64,000 nucleotides of DNA from Selaginella moellendorffii (lineage: Eukaryota > Plantae > Lycopodiophyta), in contig NW_003314330.1 in NCBI RefSeq assembly GCF_000143415.4, forward strand, positions 712,089-776,088, written 5' to 3'. Positions 25,203 to 37,300 of the stretch are shown here, one piece after another. The notes under the pieces are model-generated. The model was not told where the DNA came from. It was given only the letters and a program-made list of their open reading frames with translations, and made no database searches. Within the stretch, counting starts at the first letter, position 1, and each line of letters starts with the position of its first letter. The translations under genes were made by a program, and so were the position numbers.

Positions 25203-25940
25203 GGGTCGAAACGTATGTCCAATCCTTCAGAATCAGCAGTGCGCCCAAGTGATATCGGTCTTAGTTCCTCAATAGCAGTTGATGGTAAATACAGTATAGT
25301 CGATTCAATGTGCTAATGAGTTTGTTTTTAGTACCACGGGAGGATACCATCTCAATCGAAGGGAGATATTTGGACATGCATATGGATCCGCCAGTGGACT
25401 CTACTTGCCTGCAAGAGTCATCAGAGCTGGTGGAGGCTACTATCCATATCAACGCCAAGCAAGCTGACCACGCTCCACTTGATGCTACCCATACCACTGA
25501 GTCAATCTTGTCCACATATCCAACTGACGGTGACCAAGCGCCATTGGACCCGCATGAGGCCGCCCCAGCCGCCGAGCCGGTCGTATCCTCATTTCCAATG
25601 AACTCAACGTGTGCCCAATCGTCTGACTACGCGCCGTTGGAACCTCCATACACTGCCCCTGCTGCCTGTTCGGTCATGTCCACTTTGCCAACGGAGGCAC
25701 CAGCTGAAATGGCGTGTGATCACACGCCATCGGAACCACCCCATGCCACTATTGAGCCAGTTGTACCAGAGTCTACAGCTGAAATGGCATGTGCCCACAC
25801 GCCATCGGATGCGATTGACCCACATTGCAAAGGAGAGTATTTCCGCCCTTCACGTTTCCTCAACCAAAACCCTCTCAACGACCATCGGGAGCACCATTCG
25901 CTAATATTGTAGATGGTAAAATTGACTTGTACCATTTTTT

Positions 25941-26825
25941 ATGCTGACGCATTTCATTTCAGAGTCACGACGAAGGTACTGTATCATTTTTGATCTGAAC
26001 GGTGTCCTTTTCTCCCATGAGCGTGGCTCGTCCTGGAATGTCACTGCACCCTCCAAAGCCTGCGGTCGCAAGTTGGTCAAAAGAGACAAATTCACATTAA
26101 TCACACGGGAGAAACTGCGGGATTTAATAATGACCATGCGACACTTAAAACAGAGGGCCGGGTTCAATTTGCAATTGGGAGTTTGGACATCCATGATGCG
26201 CCACAATGCATTAACGTTGCTACAGATGATGCACGATCAGACACGAGTAATATTACCATTTGACTTTCTCCTAACGCAGGAGGATTGCTTGACTATGGTC
26301 CATGTGAGGGGTAGCAAGCCCATCTTCGTCAAGCCAGAGGCTGTAGTGATAAACCGGACTGCTAGGTCAAGTGAAATCCTCATCATCGATGACTCGCCGA
26401 TTAAAACTGCAGCGAACACGCACACATATGCAGTGCACCCCATCTCTTGCAGTATGGAAACTAGGGAGAAGAAACCGTATGTTCTGGGGGACCTTGCAAA
26501 ACGGCTTGGAGCGATGGTGATAGAGAACCGGCCAGTCCAGGAGGTGGCTGCAGAAATCAACCAAATGGCAGATGGAACGGTATATCAGAAGCCATTTGAT
26601 CGGACAGACACCAGTCATCATTTATGGCATGTATATTGTCTAGCCAAGCACTATCCGCATCTCCATAATCTGCTCAACCAGATGGGTTCTTCGACCACTG
26701 AACATGAGCGTGGACGTATTAGAGAAGAGATGGCATTACTATTGGGTTTAAATCTTGATAGTGTGGAGAGTGATGAAATTCCAAGATTATTGTATAGGCA
26801 TTGGAGGCAAAAAATAACAGTCTGA
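25941..26825 (+). CDS. FCP1/SCP-type HAD phosphatase exon, copy 2
   Basis: Same HAD motifs, open frame; the upstream exon has a 1-bp deletion near 25820. Confidence 0.75.
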   Translation: MLTHFISESRRRYCIIFDLNGVLFSHERGSSWNVTAPSKACGRKLVKRDKFTLITREKLRDLIMTMRHLKQRAGFNLQLGVWTSMMRHNALTLLQMMHDQTRVILPFDFLLTQEDCLTMVHVRGSKPIFVKPEAVVINRTARSSEILIIDDSPIKTAANTHTYAVHPISCSMETREKKPYVLGDLAKRLGAMVIENRPVQEVAAEINQMADGTVYQKPFDRTDTSHHLWHVYCLAKHYPHLHNLLNQMGSSTTEHERGRIREEMALLLGLNLDSVESDEIPRLLYRHWRQKITV

Positions 26826-27931
26826 GATGGCATGTATTTATTTAAAAATGTAACTTATTATGGCATGGGGTTCCATGCCATTGTATTAATATTAAAAGAT
26901 AATTCTTTGAGAGGATTTGCATTATACTAGAAGTGTTACAGCATGTTATTGGAAGTCTACGAAGTTGTTTTATTAATAAGGGGAAAGTAAAGATTGAATG
27001 GGGACTTGGGCTCCACTTAGACTTGGAGCAACTGAGCCAATATTAAAAGGATGGAAAGAAATTGGACAACGATGACAAGGAGAAGAGAGAGGTGAAGCAG
27101 TGGCAGGGGGAGGAGAAGTGATTGAGTAGACATTTCCTTGTTTAAAATAAAATGGCATGTGCCTCAATGCAGTTGAATTTTGTTATATTTATATACTATA
27201 TAAAGGTTTGGAAACCTTATTTTACAAGTGGGATAATGACAATTCCCACTTTAACGAAATAGAGCTTATGGCTAGAGCACCCAAGGGCGGAAGGCAGGGA
27301 GAGTACCCAATTGGCTCGCGTAAGGCCACGGTGTTCCGAAATGTTGTCCCAAAGGCCCAGACTGTGGAAAGGAAGAGGAGCAGTCCTCTAGGGCAATGAC
27401 CAAGGACACAGTCGTGTGGTGAGGAAGTCCTAGAGGACCGTGGGACTTAGTGGTCGGGCCTGTGGGCCTCGATCCAGTGGCAGTGTTGGCAAACACGGCC
27501 AAGGGCAGAAAGGGACTTAGTGGGGACTGACAGAGGGATATTGGGGAAGGCTATTCCCCTTGTCGGTGGGCATCCTAAGGATGCTAAGGAGTTGATCTGA
27601 GATGACCACTCACGGATGGTTTGCCTAGTCTTGGAGAGCCAAGACTGTGATGCAAGTGGTATTGGACTACCAGTGTGGCAAAGGTGATTGGGCATGGCCT
27701 TAGCGTAACAAGCTGCCATGTCAGTGGGACCTTTGAGTGTCGGTCATGGGATCGGACACGTGGAGCACTTGGACCAAGTGCAAATGTTGAGTGGCATGGA
27801 TGCCATTCTCGGGGCTAGCAAGTCCCAAGTCCTGAATTGGACTTATGGAGGTTGTGAATGAGACTCCTCCAAGTGGTCGGAGGTGTGGTTAAGTGACTAA
27901 AGTAGAATGGAAAATTTAGTCGCTTACAATT

Positions 27932-27943
27932 TGGTATCGGAGC
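27932..27943 (+). promoter_or_regulatory. Primer binding site, tRNA-iMet type (TGGTATCGGAGC)
   Basis: 3 nt after the LTR end; the same variant is at 40274-40285 (+), 47890-47901 (-) and 33914-33924 (-). Confidence 0.85.
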
Positions 27944-30900
27944 TGTTCCTTAGTCCAACTTTTATTGGTGCTCAAGTATATCACCATTGATGTTGGCATC
28001 GGAAGGTCCTAGGAGTGGGCCTATCCTTGAGGAGTAGCATGTCAAGAGGACATGGCTCTCCACTCAAGTTCATGCGTGAACTTGGGCACAATGTGGTGGA
28101 TAGAAAAGAGCCAATAATGGAACGACTTTGGGATCTTGGGAAAAGTATAAGGTCTCCTCAGAGAGCTGAGGATGTGATCCAAATGAGCGTTTGACGCAGC
28201 AAACGGGCTAACGTAGTTGTGATAAACAACTATAGTTGGGATCACGGCAAAGATGTAGACTCCAAAACAATAAAGGAGTCACAAGATTATCCTCATATAG
28301 TTGAGGTTGGTGCTCATGAATGTGAGACTAGAGGTAATGACCGTAAGAGGTCAAATACGGAAGAGGACTCAAGTCCTTGAAATGGTAGCCGGAGCTACCT
28401 TTAATAAATGCTGGAACAACCCAAGGAGTTGGGGGGTGTACTTAGAGATGAGTTGGTATTCTCATCACATGGACAAGTAGTCCTAAGGGGCAAAGGTTGC
28501 CCCAAGAGAACAAAATCAAGTGTCAGAGTAACACTTGTGAAAATAGTCCTTTTGAGTAGGACAGGAATACAAGAAGTGTATTCCAGTGAGCTAGTGCCTC
28601 ACAAGTAGGACCTTACAGGTCTGTGGATTAACCAAGTCCAAAACTGCTAGATGACTCAAGTAGAGTCAAAGGATGGTCCTAAAAGGACTGATAGAAGCAT
28701 TTGGACTGAGGTGTGTTGTACCCCACGAAGGATGGGGGGGATCATAGGATCCAATAATGAGAACAAAGGGTATCTCATCGATGGCAAAATGTGCCATGCT
28801 AAAGTTGTGGGAAAATTGTTCCCAAAAAGAAAACAACTTTGACACAAAGTTGTGTGAGACCTCTATGGTGCAGTGCTAACAGATGATTGGCATGAGAAAG
28901 AACAGTATTGGTCTTGGCAAAGACTTAGACACAAAGAAGAAGTGTCATAGAGGTAGGCTCATGAAGCCGATGGTGTGGAGACACCAAATGTGCCAAGGTG
29001 TGATACCTTGAGGCTATGTTGATGGGTTCATGAGAACCCCTTGCCAAAGGAATCCTAATAGAAATGGGAATGGCATAGCTTAAGCTGCAGAGCATGCAGT
29101 TGGAGTGTGGTGACCCAGATAATGATGGAGGTGTGGAAGCACCAGCAATGAGTTATAGGACTTGACAACTACGAGGCAACTAAGCAAGAGGTGCAAAATA
29201 ATTGGTTAAACGGGTAGAAGGTAACTACCCAAGCCTTCTTAATGGCATAGGGAAGTTGGATATACCTTTACGGGGGATAAGTTGCTTATGTTGCGATATA
29301 GTAAGTCAATGTCATAAAAGGAAATACTCATTGTCAAGGAAGCCGTCATTGGGACACCCGAACACTCTGGAACACCAGGAGGTGGTGTTTGATGTCGCGA
29401 GGGCAATAGATAAGGCCCAAGGGACTAAGTCCCTAGCGAATGATGGATAGTAGATGCTATCCAAATGTCCAAGGTGGCGGAGACAGGAGAAGACTGTCTA
29501 CTCGAATTGGACAAAGCCAAAAATGGAATTTTGGCAAGGCTAGCAATGGGTATGCAAAGGCCCATAAGCAACAACGTAATCCCGGTGTGTGGGATTATAG
29601 GGTGAGCATACCTGGATTGAGGAACCACTCCCTAGGCTATCGGGTAGGTTCATCCCTAAGAATACTTGCTAAGGCATGATAGAAAGTGCAAAGCTATCTT
29701 CCTGGTCTGGAGGAGAATGACCGAAGGAAAGGTGTGAAGCCAAAAGCAAATAGTAAGGGGATAGAACCGAACCATAGGAATCGAAGGGCATAACCAAGGT
29801 TGGTTATACCAGCTGGGAGTGGAGAATCAAGTGGGGGCTCGAGGGTGTTGCCGCTAACAACCGTGATGCCATGGAGAGTCTAAAATATGGAATTGTCCAT
29901 GTTAGACTATATGGTAATTGGAAAGCTTGCAAAAAGGGAAGCCTTAACAAGCTAAGGGACAGAGTTCCTTCAAGGTTCCCAAAGAGGATTCTAGGTAGCT
30001 TAGTACCTAGAAAGGCCAAGCGTAAATGGTTCAAGAAACACGCGAAATCAAAGTGGCGCAGCAGAAGCGTGGTCTTGAAGCTTGCTATGAAGCAAGGCTA
30101 TCAAGGTTAGGGAAGTAGTTCCCGAGTGTTCAAAGAGAGGGCTTTGAACGAAAGTCGATGATCAAGGGCTTTCACACTTGTGCAGGAACCATGTTACAGT
30201 GGTCGGAAGACTTGCCAAAGCGAGAATGGCAAGTCAGAGGAACAAATACCCTAGTTGAAGGTGATAACTTCAAAAAGGGTGGGCCATGGGGCCAAGCATG
30301 GAGGAGTTCATGCATGATCATAGGCTTGTCAAGTGAGAGGACTTGGCAGTAGGGAGGAACTAGGTTCCTAAGCTGTGATTTATAGCTCGCTTTGAGTATA
30401 AGTTGGTGCACCGGCGTGGGGAGTCATGCCAGGCATCCTGGGTGATGCCATCCGTAGATGCATATACGGAGGTTGGGTTCGAGTCCCGACCCTCTAGTGC
30501 TTAGGTTCGAGTCCCAAATCACTAGGGCGTGGTGATGGTTTGGAATATGAGGACACTCATATTTCGGTGGTCATGGACTCTCAATGAGGAGATTGGCTTG
30601 GGCACACTACCAAGCGGGGGATGCCCCGGAGTCGTGATGCATGGTTAGATTGCTTAGTGTGGCTTAGCATATCTAACTTGAACACTTTGGTGCCAGTGGC
30701 ACCAAGGACGTGGTGAATATGATGGGGACACCCAGTCTCAGTTGCTATGGACCCTTGGCCGAAAGGGCTGGCTTGGGCGCACCGCCAAGTGTGGGGGATG
30801 CCCCCAGGGTCGTAGTTAACAAGTTAAAGGTCTGGAAGACCTAGTACCCATTGGCAAACCTGTTAAGGTGCCGAGGTGAGATCACTAGGTGATCTTGTGG

Positions 30901-31842
30901 CTAAATAAGGACAAGGTCCTTGTTTGGGTTAAGGAATAAGGTTCCTAGTTCAAAGTGTTGATTTGAACTATTGATGATGGTGTGGCTTGGTCAAGGTGAT
31001 CAAGTGGGAAAAACACCTTAGGGAAATGAGCTATGTCATTGCGATGGCATAGTGTGCCCAAGGAAAGTAGTCTTTAAAGAGACCTATGGGAGGGTCACAA
31101 AGTTGGGCCATGGATAGAGCCCACAGTAGAAGATGCTAAAGAGACTTACTAGGGGTGAACACCCTAGTCTTGGCAAAGCAAAGCCTTCGCTATGGAATCA
31201 AAAGAAAACCTCAAGGAGGGAGGTAGAAATTCAATGTTGCTTGGTGCAACAATCAACGGATAGGAGCAAAAGATGAGTGGCCAAGATAGGGCCGTGGAAT
31301 CCCTTGGAAGGAATCCAAGTGACAAAGTTAGGCGAGGAACACTAATGTGTTGGACGCTAACAAATTGCGGGAAAGGAAGTGCATTTCCAAGGATGGATTC
31401 CAAATTGCTCCGATTTGGCGAAAGTGGAAGCTCTAAAGGAGGGAGCGGTAAGGTAGCCAAATGATAGGGCTATGAACAGCCCTAGCACAAAGTATGATAA
31501 ATGGAACTTAGTGCCCAAGGTGGCACAAAATAGAAGAGAGGATGATGGTGCCCTCATGTAACGAACTTCCTAGGATAGGGAAGTGGAGTTGCACAATCTG
31601 TGCAATGCAAGGTGTTGGAGACACCTAGGAAATTGACTTCCAAAAGTCAAAAGAGTAAAAGTTCCAAGGTGCAAACGTTCAATAGATGGAAATTGAGACT
31701 ACTCGAGAAGGACTAGTGGGAGTGACTTAGAGAAGGGTCTCTAAGAGGTTTAGCGAGAACTAAACCAATAAAAGGAGAGAACCACTACATGTGGTCCAAT
31801 CAGTCTCTAAGTTGGAGAGACTACCCTCCTTAGAGGATGGGC

Positions 31843-31973
31843 AAGGCATGGTGAGCCTTTGGTGTCAAACCATTGAGGAATATGCAAAAGGCATGGTGAG
31901 CCTTCAATGTCAAACCATTGACGAATATGGAGAAGGCATGGTGAGCCTTCAATGTCAAACCATTGACAAATAT
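31843..31973 (+). repeat. 45-bp tandem repeat, about 3 copies
   Basis: AAGGCATGGTGAGCCTT..CAAACCATTGA starting at 31843, 31888 and 31933. Confidence 0.85.
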
Positions 31974-32060
31974 TGGTTAGGTGCCAAGGATGGAAATGGT
32001 AACACATGTGGGGTTTACCGTTCGATGAGGACATCGAACTTTGTCTATAGGTGGTGGAGT

Positions 32061-33735
32061 TGTGAGACACAAAATCCCTAGGCCCCAAAGTGGAGCTGGA
32101 AGGGTGCCACATGATAGTGGCCGAAGCGAAAGCCAAACAAGCATAACACGTTTTGACTAAAAGCTCCAACTTCAAAGGTCGAGAGCGGAAGTGGAACTCC
32201 CAACAAAGTGCTCGAGGAATGAGCACAAAGTGAGCCATAAGCGAGGCTCTAAAAAGGGACCCGAAAGGACCAAAATATGACACGTGGAAGTGTCCGAGAT
32301 GGAGTCCGAGGTGGACCCGAGATGGAGTCCGAGATAGACCCGAAGTGAAGTCCGATATGGAGTCCGAGATGGACCCGAAATGGAGTCCGATATGGAGTCT
32401 GAGATGGAGTCCGAAATGGAGTCCGATATGGAGTCCGAGATGGAGTCCGAGATGGAGTCTGATATGGAGTCCGAGATGGAGTCCGAGATGGACCCGAAAT
32501 GGAGTCCGATATGGAGTCTGAGATGGACCGAGATGGACCCGAGATGGAGTCCGAGATGGACCCGAGGTGGAGTCCGAGATGGACCCGAGGTGGAGTCCGA
32601 GATGGAGTCCGAGATGGAACCAAGACCGAGAACAAGACCAAGTCCGAGTCCGAATCCGGGACCGAGACCGAGTCCGAGTCCGAGTCCAAGTCCGAGTCCG
32701 AGTCCGAGTCTGAATACTAATACAGGCAGTTGGGTGAAACCCAAAGTGATCGTCCCCCAGGGGGGGGGGCCTGCGGGGGGTTCCAAAAGTATAGTAGGGA
32801 GAGTGTGGGGGTTGGAGCCCAGTGGAGCCAATTTGGCTAGGAAAGGCCAGTTTGGCCCAGGCAGGCCAGACCCAGTGTTGGGTGATGAGCTGACCACTGG
32901 GAAGTCCAAGACTAGAGTGAACACGGACCGACAAGCTGGGTAGCTTGGTGAAGTGTTCAAGAGCCAGCTCTAGTTCCCCCGGGAGATCGACTGGCCGATG
33001 CTCCCAGTCCAAGTGTGGGTGGCACTACCTACTTGGATACCAGGCGTGGCTCAACGGAACCTCGCTCTAAGCCCATGGCTAGAGCACCCAAGGGCGGAAG
33101 GCAGGGAGAGTACCCAATTGGCTCGCGTAAGGCCACGGTGTTCCGAAATGTTGTCCCAAAGTCCCAGACTGTGGAAAGGAAGAGGAGCAGTCCTTTGGGG
33201 CAGTGACCAAGGACACAGTCGTGTGGTGAGGAAGTCCTAGAGGACCGTGGGACTTAGTGGTCGGGCTTGTGGGCCTCGATCCAGTGGCAGTGTTGGCAAA
33301 CACGGCCAAGGGCAGAAAGGGACTTAGTGGGGACTGACAGAGGGATATTGGGGAAGGCTATTCCCCTTGTCGGTGGGTATTCTAAGGATGCTAAAGAGTT
33401 GATATGAGATGACCACTCACGGATGGTTTGCCTAGTCTTGGAGAGCCAAGACTGTGATACAAGTGGTATTGGACTACCAGTGTGGCAAAGGTGATTGGGC
33501 ATGGCCTTAGCGTAACAAGCTGCCATGTCAGTGGGACCTTTGAGTGTCGGTCATGGGATTGGACACGTGGAGCACTTGGACCAAGTGCAAATGTTGAGTG
33601 GCATGGATGCCATTCTCGAGGCTAGCAAGTCCCAAGTCCTAAATTGGACTTATGGAGGTTGTGAATGAGACTCCTCCAAGTGGTCGGAGGTGTGGTTAAG
33701 TGACTAAAGTAGAATGGAAAATTTAGTCGCTTACA
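32061..33735 (+). repeat. 3' LTR of element A (1675 bp)
   Basis: TGTGAG..TTACA; matches 11-291, 13845-14093, 52825-53369 and 27268-27928. Confidence 0.9.
32292..32712 (+). repeat. CpG-rich 12-bp/6-bp minisatellite in LTR (GGAGTCCGAGAT / CCGAGT)
   Basis: Tandem array; also at 240-290, 13853-14093, 52825-53000, and inverted in element B LTRs (about 43300-43580, 48695-48950). Confidence 0.9.
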
Positions 33736-34392
33736 GAGCCCAAGAGTAAGCTCACATCATAAGGTCCAACAAGGTAACCAAATCTATACCCAAGGAACAA
33801 TTGCAAAGTCTTTTCACCCAAATGTGTACCCACTCGGATTATCGATTTCATCTTTGCGTATACAATAAGACTAGTTGCCCAATCTCATTGTATAGTACTC
33901 GTTGAGACGTATCCTCCGATACCAAATGTAGCGCACATGGTTTTTACCCTTTATCCTATGGTGATTTACCATAGGATAACACCATGAAGCAGAACTTAAA
34001 CCCTCTTTATGCCATATGACACATGCCACATATTATATGCCACATGTCTAAAGGATAGTGATGTGGAACCTGAGGGTCAGGGCCTTGGGCCACTGAACGA
34101 AGGAACGATGCCAAACTCCCAAACATGGAGCCAAAGAGTGATGGAATCGGACCACAGAGCAACTCCCGAGCATATAGCCCAAGGAGTGAAGGCACAGGAA
34201 CCTGGAGCAACTTAGAACAGTCCTAAACCAACCAGCATCCCAATGCTAGAACCAACACGCAAAATGGAGCCAAACAAAGTCTAGTGCTATTTCGGCATAC
34301 CGGTGGCCTAACGCAAGGACATGAGTACTCCACCAGCTAGCATGGAATGGAACTTGGGCTTAGAACTAAGCCGGATGCAAAACAAGGACAAG
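33736..34392 (-). mobile_element. LTR family C fragment (LTR 33927-34392, PBS, start of internal region)
   Basis: Reverse complement of 40237-40454 and of 52430-52823 plus 53476-53533; PBS at 33914-33924. Confidence 0.8.
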
Positions 34393-37300
34393 TGTCAAGA
34401 CCCCCAACAAGATCAAGACTAGAAAATGCAGAAGACAAAGAGAAAAGCTAGTGGAAACAAAGAAGAGGCCTTAGACTGGCATTGATTCAGATTGTGGAGA
34501 AATGGAACAAGGCTAACTTATATATACTATAGGTTGATGAAGCTCCACCACTCTTGGATTGAGGGTAGCCTAAATATAGCTGAGGTCGAGGAGGCACCAC
34601 ATCATCATCAAGAATGTGGCTCGAGACTCAAAAGGAGTACAGAAAATTAGAGAGTCAAGAATAGGGAAGTGTCTCGAGAGTCAGAAATAGGGAAGTGTCT
34701 CGGAGTCAGGAATAGGGAAGTGTCTCGAGAGTCAGGAATGTGGTCTGCAAGTCAGGAATCCGGTGAAAGTCAGGAATGTGGCAAGAATTAGGGGATTCCT
34801 GACAGCACCCCCTCTTCAAGAACGAGTGGAACGAGGATGTGAATGAGAACAAAGAGGAGGATGAGATGAGCGACGAGGGATGGGAGATGGAGAAAAAGAA
34901 TGAGGACTAGGACGAGAAGGATAGCGGCGGTGGAAGTCCTGAACAAGGTCAAGAGAATGAATCAGGTTGTCCGCAGGTTCCCAAGTGCATTCCTCAGGTC
35001 CGTAACCCTTCCAATTGACCAGATAGTAGAGTTTAGACCATGGAATCTTGGAATCAAGGATGTCCTAAACCTCATACTCAGACCCATCCTCGAGCTGCAT
35101 TGGTGGAGGTGGAGGAATGACCCGATTTGGAATAGGACTGGGAATATAAGGCTCAAGGAGAGAGGAGTGAAAAATGGGGTGAATTTGATATAAGGAGGGA
35201 ATTGCAAGGTGATAAGTGACAGGATTAATGATGGCAGTGATAGGGAAAAGACCGAGGAAAAGACCGAGGGAAATCGAGTTTTGGACAAGGCCTGGTAGTG
35301 GAGATATTTCATCTGAGGAGCTAGACTTTATCCCCAATATTGTAAAGGGGATAATCTTGACGATGGACATTGGCAAATGTTTTGTGAGATTCCTGAGCAT
35401 GATGGAGGTGGAAGGAGATGGAGTTGTGGATTTCCTAGAGGTTGGAGACAAATGCCTCAGAGCAGGGATTTGAACGAGAGGATTCGGATGGAGAAGGAAG
35501 TGAGAGATTGAATTGGGGATGTCGGCCAGAGTTCACAAAGAAGGGGGAAATTCAAGGAGAGGAGTGAACAAATCTGATTCCTCACAATCTTTCTTCATCG
35601 AGGCTGACGCCTCTAACTTTGCCATCGGTGATGTGTTGTCTCAACTCGGAGTGGGTCAAGAACTTCATCCGGTCGCTTTCCATTCTCGGAAATTCCAGCC
35701 TGCAGAGATCAATTACGAAATCCACGACAAGGAACTCCTTGCCATCGTGGATTCCTTTGGAGAGTGGTGCCGTTTCTTGGAGGGGGCGGGCCATTAAACA
35801 ATAGTCTTGACAGATCACAAAAATCTCGAGTACTTTGCCACTTCCCGAGTTTTGAGCCGTCGTCAAGCAAGGTGGGCACAATTCCTGAGTCGGTTTGACT
35901 TTGTTATCAAGTACAGACCTGGAAAGCTTCAAGGCCTTTCTTATGCTCTTTCAAAGCGCTCCTATCTCAGTCTCAAGCCTGGTAATCCTGCCTTCGATCA
36001 ACAGGATCAAGTTATCCTCAGTCCTGATCGGCTTCAAGTTATGGCAATTTCCCTGGCCCCTCAGGACTCCTCCTTGATGGATGCGATCAGAAAAGATCTT
36101 CAATCCGATGATCTCACCAGCGACATTTCCCCCCATCTTTAGGTTGGACACCCAGTGACTCCCGACTGCCGGCGATTTGACGAGTTCAAGTTCTTAGATG
36201 GCTTATTGTACTGTGGGGAGCAACTTTACGTTCCTGAAGGTGATGCTCGAAGGTTGGTCTTGATGGCGTGCCACGATAGCCTGACTGCTGGTTACTTTGG
36301 CATTGCAAAAACTTATGAGCTAATTGCACGGGACTTTTGGTGGCTTCACATGGACGACTACATCAAAGATTTTGTTACCTCCTGTGACACTTGCGCTCGA
36401 AATAAGGTACCTCGCCACCTTCCTTTAGGTTTGCTTCGTTCCCTCCCGGTCCTTTCAGGTCATTGGGAATCCATCTCCATGGATTTCTTGAGTGATCTTC
36501 CGAGTTCTGTAGGCTTCAACAGCATTTTAGTTGTGGTGGGTCGTTTCATAAAGATGGTGCACTTCTTGCCGTGTATTAAGGAGTTTTCGGGCAAAGACAT
36601 GGCAAAACTGGTATTCAGGGAAATTTTCCAACTTCATGGGATTCCTACAGATTTGGTTTCGTATCAGGGACCTCAGTTCATCTTTCATTTTTGGCAACGG
36701 TTTTTGCAGTTGCTTGGAGTGAAGGCCAACCTCTCTTCAGCGTATCATCCTCAAACTAATGGACAGTCTAAGCGAACAATTCAAACGTTAGAACAATTCT
36801 TGAGGTGCTTCATCAACTATCATCAGGATAACTGGTTCGATATCCTTCCCCTTGCTGAGTTCTCATGTTGAAAATTAGACCAAGCTAAAATCGGGTATCC
36901 CTGCTTGACCCTGCATCACATGGGACAGCCAGCGCAGCTTGAATGCATGTGTAGAGGTGGTGGATTGTGTTCACGATGTCGGGTGGTGCTCTGATTGCGT
37001 GCCATCGAACGGCGTCGAACACATTTTTGAAGTCCACAAAACAGCACAACAGTCGGTCTCCTTCATCACGCTTGTGCAGATCTGAATGTCCTGCTCTTTC
37101 CAATTCCTTTAAGCATACGTGATATGTTATTGGAAGTGTCTATTCCACAGCCTGATTCATCTATTTTCAATAAGCTTTCCGTTCTGCCATAGTTTTTGGA
37201 AACTCTTACAGCATGTTAAATGTTCAACTGCAACAGTGTGTCGAAGGCCTGTTGGGCAACAACAGAACAAGATAAGGGAACATCCTTGCGAGTGAGATGC

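Larger units (their letters stand above)
14094..27267. mobile_element. Large TIR DNA transposon, copy 2 (lacks its first 106 bp)
   Basis: Colinear and near-identical to 398-13844; right TIR 27244-27267 followed by ATGG (27268-27271); empty site CCC-ATGG-CTAG at 33072-33082. Confidence 0.95.
11..33735 (+). mobile_element. LTR retrotransposon A, non-autonomous/LARD-like; 5' LTR split by two DNA transposons
   Basis: 5' LTR pieces 11-291, 13845-14093, 27268-27928; PBS 27932-27943; PPT 32049-32060; 3' LTR 32061-33735 (TG..CA); flanks GAAGC/GAGCC are an imperfect TSD in contiguous family-C sequence; no intact pol. Confidence 0.85.

Noticed and set aside
292-27267. Simple tandem segmental duplication
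   Set aside because: Each copy has its own TSD and a distinct empty site in the sister LTR.
30471-30515. tRNA gene
   Set aside because: Only T-arm-like hairpins; no D arm, anticodon arm or acceptor stem found.
27944-32048. Protein genes in the element A internal region
   Set aside because: Only short ORFs with no convincing gag, RT or integrase motifs.
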